Positions 24,366-32,000 of a stretch of DNA of 32,000 bases are shown in pieces. The position numbers and the translations under genes were made by a program. The DNA lies in the NCBI GenBank assembly GCA_002421785.1, contig DIRZ01000003.1, positions 310,700 through 342,699 of the forward strand, given 5' to 3'. This stretch comes from Candidatus Saccharimonadota bacterium. Its GTDB lineage: Bacteria > Patescibacteriota > Saccharimonadia > Saccharimonadales > Saccharimonadaceae. The notes below the pieces were generated by a model. The model had not been told where the DNA came from. It searched no databases and was given only the letters and a program-made list of their open reading frames with translations. How positions within the stretch are numbered: position 1 is the stretch's first letter; the number at the start of each line of letters is the position of its first letter.

Positions 24366-25106
24366 ATGGAGCCAATATATCTTGCAACGTTTTTAGTTGC
24401 TCTCATATCAAGTATTTTTAGTGGTCTCGCTGGCGGAGGCGGTGGGTTTATCATGTCGCCATATTGGTTACTTGCAGGACTATCACCAGCTCAAGGAGCA
24501 AATGTCGGAGCGTTCACTGCATTAGGTATGGGCGCAAGTTCATTAGTAGCGTTTCGTAAGACGGGTTATCTGCCTAAAGGTGTTCGCTTAACCGTATTAC
24601 TTGCAGTAGTGACGATAGCCGCTTCTATCGTTGGGGCGTTAGTTTTGCCGAAAATTGACGTATCGTCATTTAAGACAGCGCTAGCCCTGCTTACATTCGC
24701 TTCGTTGCCGCTACTTTTCGTAAAGCGTTCACACACGCACCGTTTCGCACAACACCGCAACATCGGGATTGGACTGATGATTTTGCTGCTTATCGTAAGT
24801 TCAGTAATAATGAGCAGCGCATTCTCGTTACTTATAGCAATCGTACTTATTGGCTTCTTCGACTTATCAACGCTCCAAACGACAGCACTACGCAGGCTTG
24901 TTACACTAAGCCAATCTGCCGTACTGTTTGCTGTACTCACAGTTCAAGGCTTCTTCATATGGCAACACTCACTGGCAGGAATTATCGGTGGAAGCATTGG
25001 AAGTTACATAGGTACAAAGTTCGCTATCTCAAATGGTGAAACATTTGCTAAATGGGCTTTGGCTATAGGTGCACTCATAGGAGCTGTTGCCCTACTCCTA
25101 ACATGA
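24366..25106 (+). CDS. TSUP-family (TauE/SafE-like) anion permease
   Basis: 246 aa. Polytopic, with a GLAGGGGGF(I) motif in the first helix. AGGAGG RBS at about 24358. Confidence 0.85.
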   Translation: MEPIYLATFLVALISSIFSGLAGGGGGFIMSPYWLLAGLSPAQGANVGAFTALGMGASSLVAFRKTGYLPKGVRLTVLLAVVTIAASIVGALVLPKIDVSSFKTALALLTFASLPLLFVKRSHTHRFAQHRNIGIGLMILLLIVSSVIMSSAFSLLIAIVLIGFFDLSTLQTTALRRLVTLSQSAVLFAVLTVQGFFIWQHSLAGIIGGSIGSYIGTKFAISNGETFAKWALAIGALIGAVALLLT

Positions 25107-25166
25107 TGGACACCACACGGAAGTTCAAACTCATATAACAGATACGTGCTGGAAGCCAACAAAAAA

Positions 25167-25190
25167 GAGATTGGTGCCTAAACCAATCTC
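25167..25190. terminator. Hairpin after the TSUP gene
   Basis: GAGATTGGT-gcctaa-ACCAATCTC (9-bp stem), with an A-run before it and a weak T-rich tail. Confidence 0.45.
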
Positions 25191-25207
25191 AATCTGTAAT
25201 TTTCGCG

Positions 25208-25249
25208 TGGTACACCCTAGTTAAAGAAGTTCAAACCATCATTACAAGT
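25208..25249 (+). repeat. 42-nt intergenic direct repeat, copy B
   Basis: TGGTACACCCTAGTTAAAGAAGTTCAAACCATCATTACAAGT. It lies 1045 bp from copy A, and both copies follow a hairpin. Confidence 0.75.
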
Positions 25250-25304
25250 AATATCGTAACTTGATATAAATAAATACCGTCCAAAGATTATATTGTTAAT
25301 AAAC

Positions 25305-25318
25305 CTACCATATGGTAG
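25305..25318. promoter_or_regulatory. Candidate TetR operator (14-nt perfect palindrome)
   Basis: CTACCATATGGTAG sits 10 nt upstream of the TetR ATG. A palindrome this short can arise by chance, so position is the main argument. Confidence 0.4.
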
Positions 25319-25327
25319 TATGGTATT

Positions 25328-25849
25328 ATGATTCAGAAAAAAGATATTATTAAAGCTGCACAGGAACGTATAAAAAACGGGGAAACGGTTTCGCTTGATT
25401 CCGTCGCTCGTGATATAGGATTAACTAAAGCAGGACTAGTGCATCACTATCCTACAAAAAAATCGCTTATGATGGGTCTTGTGAATGATGTCGTAGAAAG
25501 ATGGCAATTAATGCTTGACGCAACTCCTGCTAAACCTAACGCCGAAGACAGGATGATGACTTACCTTAGGTATGCAATGTCTGACGAAATAGACTCATCA
25601 GATTTCGCCTTTATGGCTGACTACAAATTAAAAGATGAGCTTTACGCTAAATGGGCTAAACAGATTGAAGCTTGGTTCAACTTTTACGATATTACGGACA
25701 TTACTAGGCGGTCTGCATTGATGACTGTTCGACTTATCGCTGATGGGGCTTGGTTCGATAGAGGCTTGGGGATGTTGAACATAAGTGTCGAAGAGAGGCA
25801 GTCAATCTTAGACGTCTCAGAGAAAATACTAAAAGAAGGAGTAAAATAA
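25328..25849 (+). CDS. TetR/AcrR-family transcriptional regulator
   Basis: 173 aa. N-terminal HTH SVARDIGLTKAGLVHHYPTKKSL. Its stop overlaps the SMR gene start. Confidence 0.9.
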   Translation: MIQKKDIIKAAQERIKNGETVSLDSVARDIGLTKAGLVHHYPTKKSLMMGLVNDVVERWQLMLDATPAKPNAEDRMMTYLRYAMSDEIDSSDFAFMADYKLKDELYAKWAKQIEAWFNFYDITDITRRSALMTVRLIADGAWFDRGLGMLNISVEERQSILDVSEKILKEGVK

Positions 25850-26196
25850 TGAAACAATGGATATTTCTAGTCGGAGCTATCATTTCGGAAGTAGTAGCTA
25901 CACTTTCATTGAAGGCAGGGATGGATAATTCAATTTTCTATATAGTGGTATTGATAGGTTATGTATTAGCTTTTGTGTTTTTAACAAAAGCACTTAAATC
26001 AGGTATGGCTCTAGGGGTAGCTTATGGGATATGGGGTGCTTGTGGTGTAGCAATGACTGCGTTCCTATCACATTTGATTTTTAACGAACCTTTAACCTCG
26101 ATTATGGTACTAGGGATTGTAGTAATTATTGCTGGCGTACTAATGATTGAATTAGGTTCACAGGCTGCAACTAGAAAAGAGAAAGGAAACGTATAA
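25849..26196 (+). CDS. Small multidrug resistance (SMR) protein, first subunit of a pair
   Basis: 115 aa with 4 TM helices and the conserved membrane Glu in helix 1 (AIISEVVATLSLK). Confidence 0.9.
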   Translation: MKQWIFLVGAIISEVVATLSLKAGMDNSIFYIVVLIGYVLAFVFLTKALKSGMALGVAYGIWGACGVAMTAFLSHLIFNEPLTSIMVLGIVVIIAGVLMIELGSQAATRKEKGNV

Positions 26197-26522
26197 TGGG
26201 TTGGTTATTTCTTATCGGTGCAATTATTGCCGAGGTATCAGGAGCACTTTCATTACGGATGGCAAGCTCAGGCAAGCGTCGATGGTGGGTAGCTGTTGCG
26301 GTTGGATATACTATTGCCTTTACAATGCTGATTTTTACACTTTCTAGCGGTATGGCCCTCGGTGTCGCTTACGGTATATGGGCAGCGTCAGGAGTTGCTC
26401 TTACTGCGATTTTTAGCAAACTACTATTCAAAGAACATCTGACGTTAGTTATGTCCATTGGTATTGCCGTTGTAATTGGAGGTGTGCTTATGATTGAACT
26501 AGGTAGTGGCGCTACGCATTAG
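26196..26522 (+). CDS. Small multidrug resistance (SMR) protein, second subunit of a pair
   Basis: 108 aa with 4 TM helices and the conserved Glu (AIIAEVSGALSLR). Start and stop overlap (TAATG). Confidence 0.9.
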   Translation: MGWLFLIGAIIAEVSGALSLRMASSGKRRWWVAVAVGYTIAFTMLIFTLSSGMALGVAYGIWAASGVALTAIFSKLLFKEHLTLVMSIGIAVVIGGVLMIELGSGATH

Positions 26523-26573
26523 GTTGGATAGAAAATAGACAATTTATAGTGTAGATATATACAATTTATATAC

Positions 26574-26807
26574 TTAACGAAAGTGAGCCTTGCCGTCCGA
26601 GAATCCATTGAATTCACCCTTATGTATTTTGACAGTAACCATATCAGGGTTCCATTCAGAGACTGAAATGGATTCTCCTTCGTTCCCCAATACACTTCTT
26701 CCATAGTAAGTTCCGTTAGGAAAGATTGTGTTAGCGATAGGGTGGTATTGCTCGAACAATTGTCTCTCTAAATAGTCGTTGAGTATCCATAAGAATCTTT
26801 TAAGATT
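26574..26807 (-). pseudogene. 77-codon open frame continuing in-frame past the TAA of the upstream membrane-protein gene (possible severed C-terminal domain)
   Basis: After the stop at 26810-26808 the same frame reads NLKRFLWILNDYLERQLFEQYHPIANTIFPNGTYYGRSVLGNEGESISVSEWNPDMVTVKIHKGEFNGFSDGKAHFR. There is no ATG near its start; the track ORF uses TTG at 26759. Confidence 0.3.
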
Positions 26808-27302
26808 TTATTTTTTCTTATCTTTTTCCATCTGATTGCGAACGATAACAGCAATTAGAGAAGCGATGATAACAGTAATAGGCAGGGTACTCCAAAACTT
26901 ATCCCATTTCTGGTCGCCGGTAGCTTCGTAGCCATCGTCTGCATATTCGACACAGCTACTGCCCCTATTATCTGTATCCGACTCCACACAAGAAGGTCCG
27001 CCTAAACTCATTCCCAAGTATGCACTGACTACAACGGCAGCAATAACGCCAATTATAATGAACGGTAGCAATCGTCCTTTTTCAACTTCCTTTTTAATCC
27101 ACTCCCATCCGTACATTCCGATGAATGTTATGACACATACTGCAAGCCCAATACCCGCTCCCCATAAAAATCCTGATAGGGGGTCGGGATTGTCACCCAT
27201 AAATCCAATAAGTCCACCTAGAACTCCAAACATAAGGATTGGAATCAACATTAAGAAATAAATACCTTTAGACATTTCTTTCTTTTGATTTTGTTGGGTC
27301 AT
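26808..27302 (-). CDS. Hypothetical 4-TM membrane protein with a Cys-containing acidic loop
   Basis: 164 aa. Its ATG overlaps the stop of the SHOCT gene (ATGA at 27302-27299). Confidence 0.75.
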   Translation of the reverse strand: MTQQNQKKEMSKGIYFLMLIPILMFGVLGGLIGFMGDNPDPLSGFLWGAGIGLAVCVITFIGMYGWEWIKKEVEKGRLLPFIIIGVIAAVVVSAYLGMSLGGPSCVESDTDNRGSSCVEYADDGYEATGDQKWDKFWSTLPITVIIASLIAVIVRNQMEKDKKK

Positions 27303-27943
27303 ATAGACGTCCTACCGTTAAGTACTTTAGCTTTTTCTGTATCAAACTCAGCTTGGGTCAATATACCTTGTTCTTTGAGGTTAGCGAGTTTACCGAGTTC
27401 ATCAGCTATGCTTACTCGTGGTTGCGGCTGAGCAGAGACTACTTGGTGTGATGCACTAACTTGTTTAACAGACGAGATAACCTTAGCTAATTTAGCTCTC
27501 AAAGCCATAGGTGCTTTATTTTCCACGAATAAAATAACTTCTTGACCATCAATAAGTTCAAGCGTGATATACGATTCTTGGTCTTTGCTCTTCTTCTTGA
27601 GTGCAAAAGCAAATATACCAACTGCAATAAGTCGGGTTACGGTAACACGCCTATTAACTTCATCTTTACCTTCTACAAGAATGTCTTTGATTTGAGAATT
27701 AGGTATAGTGAACTTTGTACTCATAACAGCACTGAACTCTGTTTGGTTTTGGTAAAAAGTAATAATGCCATTCGCTTTACGACCATCACCGTATCCACCC
27801 ATATACTCCACAGCTAGAGCGTCTAGTTTAGCCCCTCTAATATCCTTTAGTTCGGCTGACTTCTGCTGTTGCTCTTGATAGCTCTTCTGAATTGATTTAC
27901 CAGCTTTATCACTTGCATCTTTAACCTTGTCGAAGAATGACAT
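27299..27943 (-). CDS. SHOCT-domain protein with a PH/GRAM-like N-terminal region
   Basis: 214 aa. The C-terminal ELGKLANLKEQGILTQAEFDTEKAKVL matches the SHOCT pattern. The central beta-rich region with an embedded hydrophobic hairpin resembles bacterial PH-like domains (my impression only). Confidence 0.75.
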   Translation of the reverse strand: MSFFDKVKDASDKAGKSIQKSYQEQQQKSAELKDIRGAKLDALAVEYMGGYGDGRKANGIITFYQNQTEFSAVMSTKFTIPNSQIKDILVEGKDEVNRRVTVTRLIAVGIFAFALKKKSKDQESYITLELIDGQEVILFVENKAPMALRAKLAKVISSVKQVSASHQVVSAQPQPRVSIADELGKLANLKEQGILTQAEFDTEKAKVLNGRTSI

Positions 27944-28083
27944 TTCTAAGCTCCTAATTTCATTTTGAATTAATCATTTACGTTTACTATACAACATCAA
28001 TACCTATATATTTGTTAGCGGGCAAACACCATTAACTATTTATCAATACTTTTTATATAACAGTACAACCCCGTTAATTAAGT

Positions 28084-28124
28084 AATAATAAACAGCTAGT
28101 TTATGTAACTATCTGTTTATTATT
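28084..28124. promoter_or_regulatory. 12-bp perfect inverted repeat upstream of the XRE gene (operator or terminator)
   Basis: AATAATAAACAG, a 17-nt spacer, then CTGTTTATTATT. TATGAT (28132-28137) follows and abuts the ATG. Confidence 0.45.
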
Positions 28125-28137
28125 TTACGCTTATGAT

Positions 28138-28356
28138 ATGAATGAAAACGAATTGATGAAAACATTTGGCAAGCGTGTTGCAGTAGTACGAAAAAGTAAA
28201 GGCGTAACGCAACAACAATTAGCCGAAAGTATTAGTATGAGCGTCGTAGCAATTGCATATATCGAAACTGGTAAGCGGTGGGCTAGACTCGGTACATTAA
28301 ATAAGATTGCAAGCTCATTGAAAGTAGATATAGCAGACTTATTTAAAGATATTTAG
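28138..28356 (+). CDS. XRE-family helix-turn-helix regulator
   Basis: 72 aa. HTH_3 pattern GVTQQQLAESISMSVVAIAYIETGKR. No SD. The real start may be the second ATG (MKTFGKR). Confidence 0.88.
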   Translation: MNENELMKTFGKRVAVVRKSKGVTQQQLAESISMSVVAIAYIETGKRWARLGTLNKIASSLKVDIADLFKDI

Positions 28357-28403
28357 CTGTTAATCTGACAGTCAAATAATAATTATCAGTGACGTTACAT
28401 AGG

Positions 28404-28895
28404 CTATTTCCAATACATTGTCAGAAAACCTTTGTAGGGACTGTTCTTCCCATCAACACCAGGAACTTTCCTAACTCTTCGCTTCCATTCCACATTATTT
28501 AGAACATCTACAGGCGGTTGTTTATAAAGCTTCTTGAAGTCTTTTCTAGCAGCTTCGATAATTTTTTTCTCACCAAAGTCCTCCCAATCTATATGCGACA
28601 TTAAGATTTGAAAAACGCCATCGTAAAAGAACCTGTCTTCAACTTTGAAACGCCAGTCTTTGTCAAAAATAAATAGTTGTTGATTTTTCCAATCTTCATC
28701 TTCAACTCTGTAACCTAAAAATCCTTGTGGGTGAGGCACGAAGGAGAATCGTACATTACAGTTCGTCAGTAAACCTCCCTTGAGCCTAGAAGCTACTACG
28801 CCATTATTAGCGTGTATAAAATCTCCTACGTTATACCTACTTAGAAATATCGAATCTGCTTCAATATCGGCATAGAAAAACTCGTACTCTTCCAT
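28404..28895 (-). CDS. Hypothetical protein (aromatic-rich, soluble)
   Basis: 163 aa, starting 3 nt downstream of the HTH gene on the same strand. No family recognised. Confidence 0.7.
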   Translation of the reverse strand: MEEYEFFYADIEADSIFLSRYNVGDFIHANNGVVASRLKGGLLTNCNVRFSFVPHPQGFLGYRVEDEDWKNQQLFIFDKDWRFKVEDRFFYDGVFQILMSHIDWEDFGEKKIIEAARKDFKKLYKQPPVDVLNNVEWKRRVRKVPGVDGKNSPYKGFLTMYWK

Positions 28896-28898
28896 TAT

Positions 28899-29222
28899 TT
28901 ATACCCTCGGCACTTCGTCAGCAATAGCTAGAGAGGGAGTAACGACCTTTTCTAATAGCCATAAACTGCTCTCATAATCACCTTCTATTATCGCTCTACT
29001 AACATTTGATTTAGCGATTGTTAGCAGCTTATTTCGTGCAAGTTCCATTTTTTCAGCAAAGATTCTATCTTCACGGAAGTAACGGTAAAATGTATCCCTA
29101 CTAATTCCAGCGTAGTAACAAGCTTCTGAAATAGTAGACCCGTACTGCAATGAGTCCTCCAATTTACTTATAATCTGATAATTAACTTTTTGTGGTCTAC
29201 CTATTGGTTTTTTATTAACCAT
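28899..29222 (-). CDS. HTH protein resembling phage terminase small subunits / HTH_23-type DNA-binding proteins
   Basis: 107 aa. GRPQK...STISEACYYAGISRDTFYRYFREDRIFAEKMELAR is the pattern seen in many TerS-like or transposase-type HTH proteins. Confidence 0.7.
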   Translation of the reverse strand: MVNKKPIGRPQKVNYQIISKLEDSLQYGSTISEACYYAGISRDTFYRYFREDRIFAEKMELARNKLLTIAKSNVSRAIIEGDYESSLWLLEKVVTPSLAIADEVPRV

Positions 29223-29344
29223 AAAAACTCCTGTTTATATTTGTTTTATCTCTACTCTTATTATAGAGAGAATAGCTTTTTCAATTTCTTACATATAACG
29301 AAATCACCGTCAGAATATCCAAATCGCTTACAATATAAATAGCT

Positions 29345-29851
29345 ATGAATAAATACTTTGCATTCAATACACCGCAGATAGAAGTAGACCCTGAGTTTAA
29401 TAATATCTTTCTTGTAGTGTACGCAATTCTTTCCCTTATGGCTTTAGGTATGGCGGTTTGGTATTTTGCACCAATCCTTTATAAGAAAAGGAAGAATAAC
29501 ATAGCCGCAAAGTCTCTCTTGAAGAACTCTATTTGGTATGACCTGAAAGAAACCGAACTCCATTCAGGCGATAATAAAATAAGAATTGAACCAAAATCTC
29601 TTGAACACTATGTATGTAAAATAACATTCAACTCTCCTAATAAATATATTGACGACTATGCAGTGTTTGAAGCTAGAGATAATGCCGTATCTCTTGCAAA
29701 ACTTAAAGAATCCCGAAGAGGCGTAGAACAAGCTGTTCGACGCTTAAATGATAAAGGTAGGAAGCTTGGATTAAAAACTGATTTATTCAAACGCAGTAAA
29801 GAACGAACTTCCGTTAATGACGAATATCGTCTGAGAATCACTCGAAACTAA
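29345..29851 (+). CDS. Hypothetical N-terminally anchored protein with a basic C-terminus
   Basis: 168 aa with one TM helix (IFLVVYAILSLMALGMAVWYF). The C-terminal RRGVEQAVRRLNDKGRKLGL...EYRLRI faintly resembles a winged-helix output domain. This is speculative. Confidence 0.65.
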   Translation: MNKYFAFNTPQIEVDPEFNNIFLVVYAILSLMALGMAVWYFAPILYKKRKNNIAAKSLLKNSIWYDLKETELHSGDNKIRIEPKSLEHYVCKITFNSPNKYIDDYAVFEARDNAVSLAKLKESRRGVEQAVRRLNDKGRKLGLKTDLFKRSKERTSVNDEYRLRITRN

Positions 29852-29870
29852 TATAACTGAACTTGAACAT

Positions 29871-29903
29871 ACCGCCCGTAATACGGCGGTTTTTTCGTTT
29901 TTT
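29871..29903 (+). terminator. Intrinsic terminator
   Basis: ACCGCC-cgtaatac-GGCGGT followed by TTTTTCGTTTTTT. Confidence 0.8.
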
Positions 29904-30241
29904 ACATCTGTTACTAACATATCCTAACAAGTTATTGCTAAGTCCTAACAGCCCCCTCCCTATAGTGGAACTTAGTTTTTCAGCAAGCGACTAACGAATC
30001 ACCGTACATATACGATTCAACAGCAGTCACATAAGAAAAGCTAACGACAGAAAACCAATAAACAAAGGGAGAAACATCTTAAAGATATAGAGAAGAAGTA
30101 AAACAGTCACAAATAATAATTAGTAATCGTTTACGAATAACTTTGTAAGCATTCTATTCTAATTGCCTTAACTTAGCTGGATTCAATCCACGACTGGGCT
30201 GGTTAAGTGCGTCAAAAATTAGAGTAACAGGTGGTAAAAAT

Positions 30242-30394
30242 ATGCAGTTAAAAGAAAAGCAAATAAAAGAGTTTCAAGTACTCTACAAGAAAAACTTCGG
30301 CAAGAAGATAAGTAAACAAAAAGCAATCGTAGATGGAATGGCTTTGATACGCCTAGTCTACTTAACACAACCGAATTATGGAGCTAGGAAATGA
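30242..30394 (+). CDS. Small basic protein (50 aa), translationally coupled to the ATPase gene
   Basis: This ORF is too short for the track. It reads MQLKEKQIKEFQVLYKKNFGKKISKQKAIVDGMALIRLVYLTQPNYGARK. GGTGG lies upstream, and its TGA overlaps the ATG at 30391 (ATGA). Confidence 0.5.
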   Translation: MQLKEKQIKEFQVLYKKNFGKKISKQKAIVDGMALIRLVYLTQPNYGARK

Positions 30395-31431
30395 CCTCTC
30401 CAAATCGCAACCGATACAAAGAGCTTTGGGAAAAAGGTACACAGACAGGCCAGCTAAGGCTCTCTACTGAACGATTGAGCGATTTGTTGCTAGAGGAGTT
30501 TCCGCCAGAAGTTTGGGCTATAGAAGGCTTAATACCAGCCGAGGGAGTAACAATCATCTCAGGCTCACCTGGAAGTTTCAAAACTTGGCTATATATGGAG
30601 ATGGCAGTGAAAGTTGCTCAGGGTGAGAGTGTGTTTGGACATTTCCCTTCTAAACAGATGGGGGTAATGGTTATTGATGAAGAGAGTGGACGACAGAGAC
30701 TACAAAAGCGGTTCAAACAAATGGGAGCTTCTGAAAATACAGAGATTCATTTTACTTCCAGAATTGGCTATAAGATGAACCATTTATATGTAGACGCAAT
30801 CGCAAAAGAAGCTAAAGAAAAAGAAATTGGCTTAGTTATATTTGATTCCTTTACCCGCTTCAATAATGCTGATGAAAACGCTTCTGGTGATATGGCTACG
30901 CTTATGGACTGCTATAGGCAGTTGGCGGATACAGGACTTGCAGTATTGATTCTGCACCACAACCGAAAAGGTGTCGCAGGGCAAAGCAATCCAGCAATGG
31001 AAATGCGTGGTTCTTCCGACATTTTAGCTGCCGCAGATTGTCACATTGCAGTAAACCGTGTTGGTCAAAGCGAGTTCGTAAGACTTACACAAACCAAGAA
31101 TAGAGATATTTGGGAGCCAGCCCCATTTGAACTGAGGTTTCACGAGAATGCTACAGAGTTTGAATATGTAGGCGAAGGAAAGTCGTCAGCAGACCGACAC
31201 AATGAACAGCTGAAAGAAATTGTAGAAGCAGTAGGGTTATATCCTGGATTATCTAAAAGGCAGCTTGTAGCACAAATTAAGACAGATGGGTTCAAAGGTG
31301 GTGATAAAAAGATTAGCGACTGCCTAGATGAGCTAGCTCGTACAGAGATGGTAAGAGTACTACCTGGTGGGCGTAATTCTTATAAATACTATTTACCCTC
31401 TGACGAGCCGAGTGCCGCAAAAAATGATTAG
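30391..31431 (+). CDS. RecA-fold AAA_25-type ATPase (RepA-like replication/mobilisation protein) with a C-terminal winged-helix
   Basis: 346 aa. Walker A GSPGSFKT, Walker B LVIFDSF, and an LILHHNRK motif typical of AAA_25. C-terminal LSKRQLVAQIK...LDELARTEMVRV. Confidence 0.88.
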   Translation: MTSPNRNRYKELWEKGTQTGQLRLSTERLSDLLLEEFPPEVWAIEGLIPAEGVTIISGSPGSFKTWLYMEMAVKVAQGESVFGHFPSKQMGVMVIDEESGRQRLQKRFKQMGASENTEIHFTSRIGYKMNHLYVDAIAKEAKEKEIGLVIFDSFTRFNNADENASGDMATLMDCYRQLADTGLAVLILHHNRKGVAGQSNPAMEMRGSSDILAAADCHIAVNRVGQSEFVRLTQTKNRDIWEPAPFELRFHENATEFEYVGEGKSSADRHNEQLKEIVEAVGLYPGLSKRQLVAQIKTDGFKGGDKKISDCLDELARTEMVRVLPGGRNSYKYYLPSDEPSAAKND

Positions 31432-31554
31432 TTATAGGTGTATACATTTTTGCTTCACTCACTTAATCCCACAGTGTAGACCACCACCTCTATAAACATA
31501 AACTAATTGTTTAACATAATACTAATAAAGTTATATAATATAGATAGGAAAACT

Positions 31555-32000
31555 ATGAACTTAGAACAACTGAAATACGGACTTTACGCAAGAAAGTCTA
31601 ACGAAAGCGAAGACAAACAAATTGCGTCACTAGATGACCAACTAGAAACAATGACCGAAATTGCAGAAGCAAGAGAATATCGTATCGTCAAAAAAGCGAT
31701 ATATAAGGAATCTAAATCTGCAAAGATACCAGACCAGCGGATAAAGTTTGATGAGCTTATCGAACAAATAGAAAAAGGTAATATAAACGCTATTCTTACC
31801 TATAAATCTAATCGCTTAGCTCGTAATCCAAAAGAGAGTGGAGTTATCCAGCAGCTAATGTTTGATGGCAAACTTAAAGCTATTATTACCAAGGATAAAA
31901 ACTACCTTCCAGAAGATAACGCCCTTATATTTAGCATAGACGCAGCTCAAGATACTCAGTTTAGTCGTGATTTATCAATAATTGTAAAAGACCGAATGTC
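31555..32000 (+). CDS. Serine recombinase (resolvase/integrase N-terminal catalytic domain), truncated by the window end
   Basis: It is absent from the track because it has no stop. My translation is MNLEQLKYGLYARKSNESEDKQIASLDDQ...ILTYKSNRLARN...DAAQDTQFSRDLS, which fits the catalytic Ser in YARKS and the RLARN motif of the resolvase domain. Confidence 0.88.
   Translation, partial: MNLEQLKYGLYARKSNESEDKQIASLDDQLETMTEIAEAREYRIVKKAIYKESKSAKIPDQRIKFDELIEQIEKGNINAILTYKSNRLARNPKESGVIQQLMFDGKLKAIITKDKNYLPEDNALIFSIDAAQDTQFSRDLSIIVKDRM

Larger units (their letters stand above)
26523..32000. mobile_element. Low-GC integrative-element or phage-satellite-like block (extends past the right edge)
   Basis: GC about 38% (23/60 at 28501-28560). 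It carries a serine recombinase, an AAA_25-type ATPase, an XRE regulator, a TerS-like HTH and small unknown ORFs. The left boundary is not defined and could be as far left as about 24110. Confidence 0.5.

Noticed and set aside
24125-26522. A classical integron gene-cassette array
   Set aside because: No IntI-type tyrosine integrase or attI is visible, and the 42-nt repeats do not show the imperfect palindromic attC structure. I kept it only as 'cassette-like' in the findings.

Overview
The window looks like a moderate-GC (about 50% by hand spot counts) chromosome from a streamlined bacterium that uses sortase. The gene content resembles Saccharibacteria/CPR, but I cannot prove that from sequence alone.

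Layout:
- 1-8.2 kb: a co-directional minus-strand array of a partial unknown gene, tpiA, pgk, pyk, a GH5 glycosidase, a MacB-type ABC pair and a VIT transporter.
- 8.2-15 kb: a cell-surface locus holding a decayed LPXTG remnant, an LPXTG protein with an internal duplication, tRNA-Glu and an LPXTG/DUF11 protein. A roughly 3.7 kb very high-GC island (9.65-13.4 kb; single 60-nt lines count 62-82% GC) splits this locus. The island carries three unrecognisable genes with actinobacterial-style codon usage and a Pro/Thr 12-nt periodic repeat, wrapped around a native-looking AT-rich promoter block.
- 15-22.4 kb: sensor kinase, methyltransferase, a divergent stand-alone receiver, folD, and membrane and secreted hypotheticals.
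- 22.4-22.6 kb: tRNA-Lys preceded by an exact 20-nt copy of its own 5' end.
- 24.1-26.5 kb: lower-GC cargo (TSUP permease, TetR, paired SMR pumps) with a cassette-like repeat architecture.
- 26.5-32 kb: a roughly 38% GC mobile-element-like block with a SHOCT/PH-like protein plus membrane protein, an XRE regulator, a terminase-small-subunit-like HTH, a RecA-fold AAA_25-type ATPase and a serine recombinase truncated by the window end.

I saw no rRNA, CRISPR array or transposase. The best candidate for something new is the high-GC island sitting among surface proteins. The second is the satellite-like low-GC element and its unknown cargo.
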